A stretch of DNA of 64,000 nucleotides from Callorhinchus milii (lineage: Eukaryota), in contig NW_024704743.1 in the NCBI RefSeq assembly GCF_018977255.1, positions 49,168,001-49,232,000 on the forward strand, read 5' to 3'. The translations under genes and the position numbers were made by a program. Below the pieces are notes generated by a model. It did no database searches, had not been told where the DNA came from, and saw nothing but the letters and a program-made list of their open reading frames with translations. Position 1 is the stretch's first letter. Every line of letters begins with the position of its first letter. This document shows, one piece after another, positions 51,778 through 64,000 of this stretch.

Positions 51778-52371
51778 AGGGATTGACTTTCATCCACCTA
51801 TTTTTTTTGTTCATTGTGCAGTCACTTGTGGTGAGCAGCTAATCAACGAGACAGTAGTAGGGATACTAACAAAGCTTTGGTTGCATAGGGGTTTCTTCTG
51901 CCTGTCCCTCACACTAAATTTACTGTCTAAACCAGTGGGAAGGGGCCGCAACCACCATGTTTCCATGAAATAGTGTTACCAAGGAAGTCGGAGAAATGAC
52001 TCAACTAAGTGGGAGGGAAGACGTTAGGAAGACTACACAGGGAATTGGGTTTTTTGAATTGTCAGTAATATACTAGTGCGGTGATATGATGGTGTCTGCA
52101 TGTAGTTTTTTTAAGTAAAATGGGGGAATACATGTCTCACTGTTATACAGTTAAAGTGATGCAATCTGCTTGAGTTTAGTTCTGTCACTGTTTATGAATT
52201 AATCATCATAAATTGATTTCCTTGCAGGAAGTCCTGATTCTGTAAATGATGAGATACCCAGAAGCTAACTTCTGTGGGATATCCCAGGAGATTTCACACT
52301 GCACAATACTGATTTTTTAAAAAAAAATCCCTTTAGACTTAAGCAGTCTTATTTTCTTGTCATACTCAAAT

Positions 52372-52537
52372 ACAACAACAACAAGATTGCATTTATAGTG
52401 CGCCTTTCACGTCGGGAGGACGTACCAAGGCGCTGGACAGTTGGGTTGGGACCCGAGCAGGGGGTAAATGGTCAGGGTGAGGGATGGGAGGGAGCAAGGA
52501 GGGGGTAGAGAGTCGAGAGGGGAGCTGAAGGCACGGT
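52372..52537 (-). mobile_element. L2 3' end fragment
   Basis: Same 3' tail as 40758 and 43375. Confidence 0.85.
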
Positions 52538-53620
52538 CCCTTTTTGACAATAATACTGGTTGTATTTAACAAACCACAACTCACTGAAACTTGTGATTTA
52601 AATTCATATCATCCTCTTTACATTATAATTAAAACAGAGGATTTGTATTATGGTGCTGTCTCTGAATTCTACAATATGTTCATTTATTAAATCGTTGGTC
52701 TCAGCTTTTGAGTGCTTTCTTCCAATATGACTGGATTAGGATACTTCAATCCAGATTACTTTTGAATTTTTGTTCCAAAAAGTCCTGAAGTCTGCTTTAA
52801 TATCTACTTTATCAATCTTTGGCAGCTTTTTCTACTCCCATATCTCTATAGTGCATTTATTTAAAATACCCATCTTTTGATATTGCACTTAAGCATTTCC
52901 AATTGCTACTGCATTGATGATCTTTTGAAACAGTAAATACCACATTGCGGCTCTCTGTGTGAAAACGTAGGCAGAGAAAACCTGTATTTTTGTACTGCCT
53001 CATTGTGACACATTTCAAAGGGGTTTACAATAGATAGTCAAGTGTAGTTACCTTTTTGAGCCAAACATATCAGCCTTTTTGCACCAGCAGTGTCCTGCAA
53101 GCATTTGGATGACTGTTGCCCAAGACTCTTGGAGAAACTCCATTCTCTTTTTAACTAATGTCATAGGATCTTTAATGTCGATCAGATGGAAAGTATTTTG
53201 GATTAGTAATAATTCAGCCAAATGTTAACACCTCCAATGGCATTGACGTATCAGATTTGGGTTATAGCACTCTCGCCTCCAAGTTAAAAGATTGTGGGTT
53301 CAAGGTCCACGATGGAACCAGTACACTGCTGGGGTTGTGCCTCATTGTCAGGTGCCATACTTGGATGAAACGTTACACCAAGATCCAGTATGCCTGTTGA
53401 GATGGACATTGAAAATCCCATGGCCCTGTTCAAAACCAGTTTCTCCTGGTATCCTAGTGAACAATCCCCTAAATTTCATTTTGTGGCTGTTTGAAGAACA
53501 TTGTGTGTAAATCGATTGCTGCACAATTTTTGTCGCTATAGATTTGTCAACTCTGAAGCAGAATGTGACCTAATTGCCCCAATGTGAAAGGCACGATACC
53601 ATCTATACGGAGACCGTCTA

Positions 53621-54933
53621 CAGTAAATCTCACATAAGTCAGATCAGTTGGAACCATACATTTAATATGACTTATGCAAAGTAGGAGTTAAGTGAAACTT
53701 GCACAAGTCATATCATATGACTTATGTAAAGTTGTATTACATTGATTGTCCGATGCCTGAACTGGTTCGTGACTGTAAGGCAAAGTTCATGTACTATGTT
53801 TAATCCACATGAAAGCTACTGTAGCCCTATCTTTCCATATACATTACTGCACCAGTACCATGAGGTAAAGTTTGGCTTCAAATAAATTTTGAAACTGTGT
53901 CCTTTAGCATTTCAGGATTTGCAATTGGAGAATTGGGTACTTCTCGTGATTGGTCTTTGTCAGTAATTTGCATTTAGTTGTGCAATCTTCTTTGCTTGAT
54001 GGCTGGTCAAAACCTCGTCTTCTGTACTTGTTCACTTTTCTGTGCTGCGCATGTGGTCTTTAGGTATTGCAGCCAGTATGTGGATGACGGGTGGGAACTT
54101 AGGTTCCTGTGATTGTCTCACATGGAGCACTGCATATGCTGCTTCAAAGCCAGTAAGTGCGCATGCAGTGAAGGGTCCTCTTCACACTCCATGTGATCAG
54201 ACATTCTTCAATCCCTCGCTCACCATGTGATCAGGTGATGCTCTCCTCTCAGACCCCCGCTCGGCTGTGTTTGCTGAGTTTGATGTTACTCCCCAAGGAG
54301 CGAGGGTCCAGAGAGCATCAGGGTGCGAATGTGATGTTCTGTTTCAAGTAGGCACGGGAAACTTAGTTTTGACCCGGCAGCCAGTATGTTCGTAGCGTCC
54401 AGTGCAGAAGCGTAGTTATGAATTGAGTGATTGTTAATACAACAACTTCCATTTATATAGTGCCCCTCATGCAGGATAGCGTCCCAGAGCGCTTGACAAG
54501 TGGCGGAGCATGACTGAGCTGGGGGGTGGAGGGGTGAGAGGTGACCGTAAGCACAGTCGAATAGGAAGGTCTTCAGGCGCGATCTGAAAATGAGGAAGGA
54601 AGGGGCAAGGCAGAGGGATAGAGGAAGAGTGTTCCAGAGTTTTGGGGCTTAGTGGCTGAAAGCGCAGCCACCAATGGTGGAACAGAGGGTATGAGGGACA
54701 TGCAGAAGGCCAGAGCCAGTCAAGCAGAGGCAGCAGGTTGTGGGTTGGCGGATAAGCAGGTCGGAGTGATAGGGAGGTCCCAGGGCATGAAGGGATTTGA
54801 AAGCGAGTGTGAGGATTAATACAATTAATGCAGATACATTTAAGTAGATTTAATAGGAAATTCAACGGGACTTGTGCAGATGTATGACGGGTGGTTAAAC
54901 AATTTCTATAGATCAGAATTGTGAGTTTTACTG
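53621..54933. mobile_element. Non-autonomous Tigger/pogo-like DNA transposon with an L2 fragment nested at about 54437-54820(-)
   Basis: Inverted termini TA|CAGTAAATCTCACA and TGTGAGTTTTACTG|TA, TA target duplication, shared subterminal tgcacaagtc/gacttgtgca. Confidence 0.65.
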
Positions 54934-55890
54934 TATGTATATACTATGCTATATAGTTGGCATTATGGCATCTTTATTCATCATTCTATGACCCCCTAAA
55001 TTGCTTTCAAATTGGGAGGATGTCTTAAAGTGCTTTATACTGCTTGTTGGGCACCTGAGCCCAAGGAGGGGGTAAGTTGAGTGGGAGTACTGAAGGGGGT
55101 CAGGGGTGGTAGTTTAAAAAAAACGTGCTGAAATGAGCAAGGGTTCAGAAGGGCATAATCAGGGGAGAAAACTCTAGGGAAATCGCTTGTCGCTGCCATC
55201 CAATGAGGGAGTATTCCTGGTATTCCCCAACTCATTTCCCAACAATGGAATCAGTTACCATCAATTTCATGTTCCTCAATTTTATTTTGTAATGTCTTGT
55301 GTGGAACCTTATCAAATAGTTTCTGAAAATCCAAGTGAAAAACATCCAGTGATATTCTATCTAACATCTCAGTATAAATTCTTGATCAGTTTACCAACAA
55401 GTTACAAGTTTCCACAATGAACATAATTTAAACAAATATTCTAGCTTTTTTTCATTAAATGTAAATCTGCAGTGTGTTCAAAGGGTTATCATGAGTGAAA
55501 GATTCATTGAAAGTTACAGTTGTGTTCAATCCTGTCCTCCTGAATTCCCATACACATTTTAACAGGAGATGGTGGTTTGTGATGAATAGCAAATACCCTG
55601 GCTGAATTTGTGGGGATACAACGTGCAACCATTAATGTAACAAAATTGCATGAAGTAATGGGATACAGTTGCACTGGAAGATTCTCAGTGGAGGGTATGT
55701 GTTTTTATAAGGAAAGAGCATCGTTCTTGGATTGCACTTGTACATCACCTAGTAGACAGTTCAATGTACAATCAATTATTCCCAGAGGTTAAGAGGTGGA
55801 ATCCTATAAAATAGTGGCTAGAGTACTTGCCTCACAACCAAGAAAACATGGATTTGATTCCCAGGCGGGACAAAAACTTAGGCAAGTTTC

Positions 55891-56089
55891 ATAAGAACAT
55901 AAGAAATGCGAGACAAAAAAAGACCAAGGTCCATCTAGTTCGCATTCCACCTTCCTGGAGATCGCATGCACATATGTCCCGAACTACCTATGTACTACAA
56001 TGTTATTTTCCTAAAAACTATCTAATCTGTGTTTGAAGGAATCAACATTTCCTGCTTCAACCGTCTCCACAGGTTTACTATTCAAAGAT
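55891..56089 (-). mobile_element. CR1 3' fragment nested inside a tRNA-derived SINE (55797-56352)
   Basis: Starts ataagaacataagaa (CR1 tail) directly after the SINE motif ggcaagtttc; SINE resumes at cttattccacgtg. Confidence 0.75.
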
Positions 56090-57404
56090 TTACTTATTCC
56101 ACGTGCTTTTTTTACCCTAGTAGTAAGTAGGAACTTGGTTGTTAGTCGATTAGCGGATCGCTTTCCAGAGGTAATAATCCTTTTTTTAAAAAAAATGGTC
56201 ACTGAATCCAATACTATTTTTGGGACACTGCTGTGCGAAATTGGCTGCCATGTTTCACCTGCAAAATGTATAGTCAATTCACTTTACAGTATATTCTGTG
56301 AAGCGGTTTGGGACAATGACGTGATAAGGTGCTATATCAAATGCAATATTATTAATATTCTAATAAGCAGGTCATCATCCCACATCCTCTTGTTATCATT
56401 TCTGAATGATGAACAGATAGATAGAAAAAAGGAGCTTGCACTCCTCTATGTACCTCAGACTTTTACTTGGTTATAATGTTTGCGTTTTAGAAAGTGAAAA
56501 ATTGTTTTCTTGGACAGTTATGCCTCATCTGCATTTTGCTTGTAAATTTCTTACCAGGAAGTAATTTTTCAAATCAATTTTGTTTTGAGATGCAGCAACT
56601 CTATACGTCATTTCTGTGCACGCATCACCATCATTCATCTGATCTCACTATTACTCGTGGATAGTTTAACCACAGATCATCTTGAGACCCTGTCTGGCAC
56701 AGTTATTATTCAAAGGTGGATATGATGAAATCACATATGCATTTTTCGCAGATTTAGTAGTTGAATAAACAGCATATCCAACAGGCATGGCCTGCACATC
56801 ACTAACATCTTAAAACTTGTACAGTTCTGCTCAGGAAATATGGTTGCAGAAGTTACAGAAAGTACAACAACAATTTACATTAATATACTGTAGTTACATC
56901 TCGGAGCACTGAAATAAACAATTGAAAAATGTAAATATTATTTATTTGTGTAAAGAGATTTCAAGTGGAGTAGTTTCATGATAGTTGCAAATAAATTCAA
57001 ATTAGCATATATAAATTGAGTGTAACTTGCTTGGAAGGCACAATCAGGAGGAAGCCAGTGAGGTCCTTTGGGCAGTGATAGCTGTGCCTTTTGACTACCT
57101 TTGAGATGAGACCATTTAGAATTTTTTTTTGTAGTATAAGAAAAAGTGATGTAAAGATTAGTTTTGTAACCTGCTGGATTAGCAGAGCTGCAGGTCTTTA
57201 TTTACAGTGAGCTGTATCTCCACCCCACACTGTCACTGAATTTATAACCCTGAAAACCAAAGGTCTATACGAAGGGATCTTTAATGTCCACCTGAACAGG
57301 CAGGTTCTACCTTGTCTTAAAGTCTCATCCAAAGGGCATCACCTGGAACAATGCAGAATCATGCTTTAAACTGAATCCAAGGATTTTTTTGGGGGGTGGG
57401 TGGG

Positions 57405-57935
57405 GGATCAGCTGGGTGTCTGATACAGGCTTAAAAGATGTGTTAGTCACACCCAACACACCCATCTCTCTGCTTAAAAATATCCAAACCAAACAGAGAG
57501 TTCCATGCGTCCCACCTATACGTAGAAATTCCAGAGAAATTTATTGGAATGGAATGCAGACTTTCTCCCGGGAGGGATGCATGCCACTTATCTAATTCCA
57601 GAGAGTATTAGGTGCAGAGCCAAGGCTTGGGGACCCCAGAATGTGGTTTTGGGTTACTGCTAGAGTCTAACCAGCTAAAAACACATAGCTTGCCATTAAT
57701 AGCAATGTCTGGCAAGCTTTTCTGCTGCTTGTTCAGCTAAGGCCACCCTATCCATGCTTTGGGTTGCAGGTTTAACAGCAAATAAGCAGGAAGATTCTCT
57801 ACCCCCAGTGACTGGTGTGCCGTTCCAGGTCCAATCCATGAGCCAGGCTGGCTGGGCTTTCATCAGCATGCCTTGGAATACTAATGACCTGCCTGGCTCA
57901 GGAACTGGACTACTGAGACCATCACAGAGGGCTGG
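57405..57935 (+). repeat. Unclassified dispersed repeat (~0.5 kb). Partial copies at about 1785-1890(-), 4725-4915, 13310-13690, 23460-23570, 27236-27616, 58545-58790(-).
   Basis: Shared motifs tcagc(c/t)aggtgtc, tgctta..atccaaaccaaac, tactgctggagt..aaccagctaaa, gagccaggctggc, cctggctca. Confidence 0.7.
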
Positions 57936-58906
57936 TTATAATCTGACATTCCGTTGCCAAACATGTCACCGCTTACCTCCATTCCCCCCCTCCGCCCCCC
58001 CCCCCCCCCCCCCAGGATCATAGTTGGTCATTTTACATCTTACAAGCGTGTATTTGAACTCTCACAAGGTGGATGACATGTAACAAGAACTCCTACATCC
58101 TTACCAATAACAACATATTGCATTTATATAGCGCCTTTCGTGTCAAGAGGATGGCCCATGGTGCTGATGTTTTAATGTTGCACTTTACAGGAATTATCAT
58201 CAAGTGTAATGGCTATTTTTGTAGACATTTAACGTTTAATGCTGATACTTTATATTTACACTGTCAATTATGCAGGTGCTAAAATAGAACATTTTTGTTT
58301 TGTATTATCTGGATTCAGCAAGTACAATTAGCTGCAAGCTACTTAGTTTCTGTATTTTGTTTCTGAGGCTTAAGTGATTCAAAGTAGATATCTTTGCAAG
58401 TAAGATTCATTGATTTGAAATGTTTTCATCCTTATCTGAAGCAGATCGCTCATATTTGAACCCTGGAAGCCAAAGCCCTAATGGGCAAGATGGTCCAAAC
58501 TGGACAAGCAATGGGACAGCTTACCACACAGTGCTATCGATGGTAAGCTATGCGATTTTAGCTTGTTAAAACTCCAGCAATATCCCAATACACACTCTGG
58601 GGTCCTCGAGCCTTGGCTCTTACTAATCTGTGCCTAATACTCTCTGGAATTAGGTAAGCAGGATACATCCCTCCAAGGAGAGAGTTTCCATCTGTAGATG
58701 GAATGAATGGAACTCTGTTTGGTTTGGATACTCTTAAGCATGATGATGGGTTTCCACATATGTCAGACACCTGGCTGACCCAAAAAAAATTCAGTTGCAG
58801 AAATCTCTTACCACAGAGCATACAAATACATTTACTGAAAATAACAAAAAAAAAACTCATATCCTTACACTGTATTTATAAAAGACAGCACAAACTGAAG
58901 TGTGCT

Positions 58907-59215
58907 TAACAACAACAAAACCACATTTGTAAAGCGCCTTTCTGGTTGGGAGGACGTCCAAAAGTGCTGGACAGTCAGGATTTGGACCCGAGCTGGGATT
59001 GGGATCAGGAGGGGTGGCAGGGAGGGTAGGGGTAAGAGGGCGACCAAAAGTGCAGTTGAAGAGGAAGGTCTTGAGATATGCTTTGAAGGAGGGGAGGAGG
59101 CAAAGGGATTGTGGGGTGGATTTCCGAAGCGTGGGGTCAGAGAGGCTGAGGGCCTGACCGCTAAGGTGGGGCAGACTGGGTGGGGGATGTGGAGAAGACC
59201 GGAACCCGCTGAACA
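58907..59215 (-). mobile_element. L2 3' fragment
   Basis: (CAA)n followed by a degenerate L2 3' end. Confidence 0.8.
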
Positions 59216-62200
59216 GAGAAATTATAGATCAGTATTAAAGGCTATGATGCATTGCAGGATTCAAACACTGAGAAAGCACTGACACTCAGGCAATTTGTAC
59301 TGGTCCCTTATAGTCTTGTCACACATCCAGGCCTTTCATTATCCAATACAGAAAGCAGCAACAACAACAACAACTTGCGCCCCTCAGGCAGGGCAGCATC
59401 CCAGAGTGCTTGACAGAGAACATGATGCTGGAGTTTTAACCAGCTAAAGCCGCATAGCTTGTTATCATCTACTGCATATTGAAACAAATACTGAAATAAA
59501 ATAATTTGTGACTCACTGACTTCAGACTTAATTAATATCTATCACCCATAAATGGCTTAGACTATGAAGGTTTCTTAATGCTTCTAAGGCTGTGAATACA
59601 ATATCCTTAATTGACAGAAGTAAAGTGCAAGGCAGAGACATATTGTCTATGTCAAATCAGATTAAAATTAAATATATAAAGCAGCAAAGTTCCTCGATGT
59701 ACAAAAAAAGCATTTGAATCTTTGTAAGATAGTCTTTGTCAAAGACTATCCAAATAGTACTTGATGTGAAATATAGATTGGTTACATGATGTCTTCCTCC
59801 AATGATTCATATTCTTCACAATATGGTTTAAATTGTTCAGTGCTAAAAAGTCTGCTAACAGTGGCTTCGATGGGTCATCACAGAGTGCTGGTTAGACCTC
59901 ATTTGGAGTACAATGATCAGTTTGGGATTCCATAACTGAGGAAGGAGAAACTAGCTTTGGAGGAAGTCTAGCAGTGATTCAGCATAATGCTGTCATTCTC
60001 TTCTTAATGGTAAATTACAAACCTTTGATGATGAATATGATTGGGAAGTGTACCAACGAAAATATAATTCTAAGACTTTTTCACTTTACAAATAAATGCA
60101 AAACAGCATGAAATTATGAATATAATATCGGTCTTCAAGTAGAAGGTGTCAACTTGGTTGAAGCACTCCTGCCTCTGCATTAAAAGGTTTGGGATGCAAG
60201 CTCCCAATCAAGACTTGCATTTCACAGTTTAAGTTGACATTCCAGTTCAATATTAGAGAAACAATACAAACCATCCTTTCTTGAAGGAATTATTACTCCC
60301 GGAAATGTGATCCGCTAATCGACTAACAACTGGGTTCCTCCTTACTGCTAGGTAAACAGAAGCGTATGGAATAAGGAAACAAAAGGCACTGTAAGAAAAT
60401 TAAAGGCACTATATCAATTGCAAGGATCGTGCTGCACAATAGACATTTATAGTGTGTCTTTCATGTTGGGAGGACATCTCAAAGTGCTTCACGGTGCTGG
60501 TGTACCACCCAAGATGGGGGTGGGGAGAGGAAAGATCAGCACAAGTGTGGTCAAATAGGTACAGTTGTGAAATGCCTTGAAAGAGATTAGGAAGGAAATG
60601 AGTTGGAGGGACTCTGGGATGGAGTTCCAGAGAGTGGAGTAAGATTATTTAGTCTAGGCATATAAATTACTGTGAATGATGAGAGAAACCTAGTGTGACC
60701 TTGGTGAGAAACCATTGCGATGTCAACCCAAATTGTGAGACCCCAATTACTGATTCTTGTTACAATCTCTGATTTGAGCTGTAGCAGTTCTCAGTTGGTC
60801 CACTAGCCGGTGCACCACTTGACAGTCAAGAAGCCAATAGACTGAAAGAATCTTTCTACCAGACATACTGCATTGTGGTCCAATTGACAAAAACCCATTT
60901 CCTGATCAACAAGCGGAAAGTATCAGTCACACAGCAACTGCAGAGTTGTGCCTGACTCATTCTCCTGGACAGCGGAAGAAGTGAGCTGGCAGAAGTAGTG
61001 GCACATTTGGAAGAAAAATGGTGCCAACGTTAGTGAATGAAAGAGCGCATTGTTGAACATTTCACACACATGCAATAATCTTCCCTGTTTTCTAATTCAG
61101 TTTTTCAGGATGTTACAACAATTTTTTTTATTTTAAGAAAATGTATGGAGATACTCTCCCCCAAATTAAATTTATGTTTATCTAAATAAATACTTGGGAT
61201 GTCCAGTTCCAACATTTCTTGGGACGTCTTCCCGTTGTGAAAACTGTGTACCTTAACAATTCTCCTGTGCACATGAAAAAGAATTATTCTGCATATAGAC
61301 CTCAATAAGCTATATGACATACGACAGAAGCTTGTTTTAATCCTCTGCTTAGACTAGTCTTTGGTTAGTTTCACAGAGGGTCTCCCAGAGTAACTTCTTT
61401 CAGTTTTTCTTCTATCGCCCCTCACTCATTCACCCACAAATGATGTGCTACATGGAGGCAGGCTTGAGTGCTGAAACTTGGGCCCGGGAATTCAGTGGAG
61501 GAGAGGGGGCTGAACTGCAACCACTATGCTATGTTACTACTTGTTCCTCAAATATGTTTTACTTTAATAGAATGATTCCAACACGCAAGAGTTGTTAGGA
61601 CAATATGGAATTGTGTGCGTGAAGGGAGATTGTTGATTGTATTACACCAAGATCAACCTGATTCATACATTTCTTTTGCTGCGATATGACCACCAGATGT
61701 CTCCCTGCACAAAAGATGTGCTTTTCATTTGCACAGAGCTGCTTAACATGGCAGATGTTGCAATCTAATCTTCTTTATAATCTCGAATAACTAATTTCCT
61801 TTGCTGCTTGCAAGCAAATATGTTCCCTTCATGTGTTATCATTTAAGTTCCGTCATTTAGGATTACATTTCTGAATGCTTTATGACGGTGAAACTGCTAT
61901 TGTGTTGTAAGTATTGAATATTATTTTGCTCTTGTGTGTTTTAAACTGTACAGTAATAGCCGGTGAGAACTGCTCAAAAAGAATTGGCCACAGTTAAGTC
62001 CTTTGTGTTGAGAAAGGAAACAGGAAGTAAAGGTAAAAATTGTTGAACTGCTCCGTGCTTGCGCTTCATATCCTTGTCAGTAAATACCATTGAATTTTTG
62101 GAAAGAAGCATTCATATTGAAATCCAGTAAATTGGAAGTAAAGTTGTAAATTCGCAATGAAAACTAAAGTGGTATGGTCCTCCTATTGTCATAAGATTAA

Positions 62201-64000
62201 TTGACCAAGCGCTTTTTCAGCTTCTGTCAAAGCTTGTTGGACTTGCACAGAAAGGTATAAATGATGGCACAAACCCCAAATCCATCTTTGACTTTGAAAT
62301 TAAGAGAAGCTTAATTTCAAGGAGATACTCCTTTGTTTCTAGATCTGAGAGAAATGATAGTTGGACCTCAAGCGCGCATCGCTTGCTCCACATTTTCTTG
62401 ACTCCACACACCTATGTTTACCTAGCAGTAAGCAGGAACCCGGTTGTTAGCGAGTTGTTAGTCGATTGGCGGATCGCTTTCTGGAGGTAATAATCCCTTA
62501 AAAAAATTGGTCACTCAATCCATGACTGTTTGTGGGACATTGCTGTGCGTAATTGTCTGCTGCGTTTTGTCCACAAAATAAACAGTCAATCTGCTTTACA
62601 ATATATTCTGTGAATCGCTTTGAGACATCTCAACAATATGATAAGGCATTATATAAAATGCAAGAATTATTAGGATTATTATTATTATTTGTCAATTTAT
62701 CCATCTTAAAAAAGTGAAATCAAAGGCTTGCACTCAAGTGGGTGATCGCTAATTGTGGTACACATTACATTTGGAGCCCAAATTCATAACCATTTCTCCA
62801 CTTATTTCCCTTTGGCTTAATTTCTTTAGATTGGAGGACCTTTAAGCAGGTATAATTATTGCACAACTATTTTAATGTATTTTAATTTCCACTGTTTGGA
62901 AGTCGGGTTATTATTATCTATTTGCACTAGTCCTTTCCACAATAATTTTTTAAAAGTACCCATTTCTCAAAACCATTCCCAGGCACAGAGTACTCAGATC
63001 TGTCAATGTGATTCTAAAGCTGGCCATCAAGAGATGTAAGGGGGGTACCTGTTTAGCTCACAATTCACCTCCTCTTTCTCCCGGTAGAAAGCAGCTCATC
63101 TCTGCTCAGCGTGTCTTCCAGTGACCTGGATAAAATTAGGACTAGAAAGACACAAAATCCTCATTAATCATCATATTTTATGCCAAAATATAACTGATGG
63201 TTTTACTTTTAGATGTCATTGTGCGGCAAAGCTACATTGACCCTGGAAAAAAACCATTCTTATTTAGATTCTATATATTTATGAGGATGATTACTGCTGC
63301 ATTCAATGCTACTTCAGTATTCAAGTCAAGTGTGATGAATGTGCCATTGCAGTCTCTTAACGCAAATCAATCTACACGAGTACACTGATGATTTGTCTAT
63401 AGTCTATTCCCCTTGCCTCTATTGTGTTATTACAGGGTAAAAGATCCCAAACTGCCAGAAATTGTTTTATCTTTTTTATTCCATTGTCCCATTATTTTTC
63501 TGAAGTCCTTAACTTCCTCTGGATTACTGGTTGCTGGCCACTTTCCAGATCATTGCTAGGTCACCAATTACTTGTATTTTGTAAGTATAGCCAATGACTG
63601 TTGACAGACTTTTTGACCATGGGAAGTATTGCAGCAGCGTGTGATTCCTGTACCCACCCAACATTCACAACCACACAAGTATTATTCAGGAGAAGGGATA
63701 CTGGCTACCTTTTCCCTTTCTTGGACCCAGGGAAATAAAATCATTTGCAATATCTGTACTGCTATTTTTCTCAGATTAAGGTCTCAGATATGTTGATGGA
63801 CACTGGCCGTGAACTTAATCTTGTGTAGATTGATGCCTGGCCTTTTGGCAAGTAGATGAAAATAATAATGATAATAATAATAATCCTTGCATTTGATATA
63901 GTGTTTTTCATGTCTTCCAGGCATCTCAAAGCACTTCACAGAATATATTGTAAAGTGAATTGACTGTATATTTGTGGGCGAAACCCGGCAGCCAATTGCG

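Noticed and set aside
60850..62411. Possible exons or promoter of the next syntenic gene (OSBPL3), plus AP-1/ETS-like motifs
   Set aside because: Translations are not recognisable and such short motifs are expected by chance.

Overview
Repeat-rich vertebrate genomic DNA, most likely a cartilaginous fish and possibly a chimaera (inferred from L2/CR1 LINEs, Deu-domain SINEs, a Penelope-type repeat and a fish-like cytochrome c). It carries two + strand genes in the same order as human 7p15. The first is a C7orf31/SPMIP4 (sperm microtubule inner protein 4) orthologue, with coding exons from 10262 to 38017. The second is somatic cytochrome c (CYCS), with a TATA/GC-box promoter near 44.0 kb and coding exons 48872-49040 and 51395-51543. 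About 9.3 kb holding six SPMIP4 exons is present twice (11352-20674 and 25278-34606), on either side of a 25-N gap. The contig after the gap looks like a second haplotype in which 5.85 kb, including a SPMIP4 coding exon, is replaced by an unrelated 4.45 kb. Other points: a Penelope-type minimal hammerhead ribozyme motif (~42.78 kb); a LINE inserted into the CYCS CpG-rich promoter; inverted CA/TG arrays around an unexplained protein-like core in CYCS intron 1; a Tigger/pogo-like element; and a conserved AU-rich element in the CYCS 3'UTR. I found no convincing wholly new biological system. Homology calls come from recalled reference sequences, not from database searches, and repeat boundaries are approximate.
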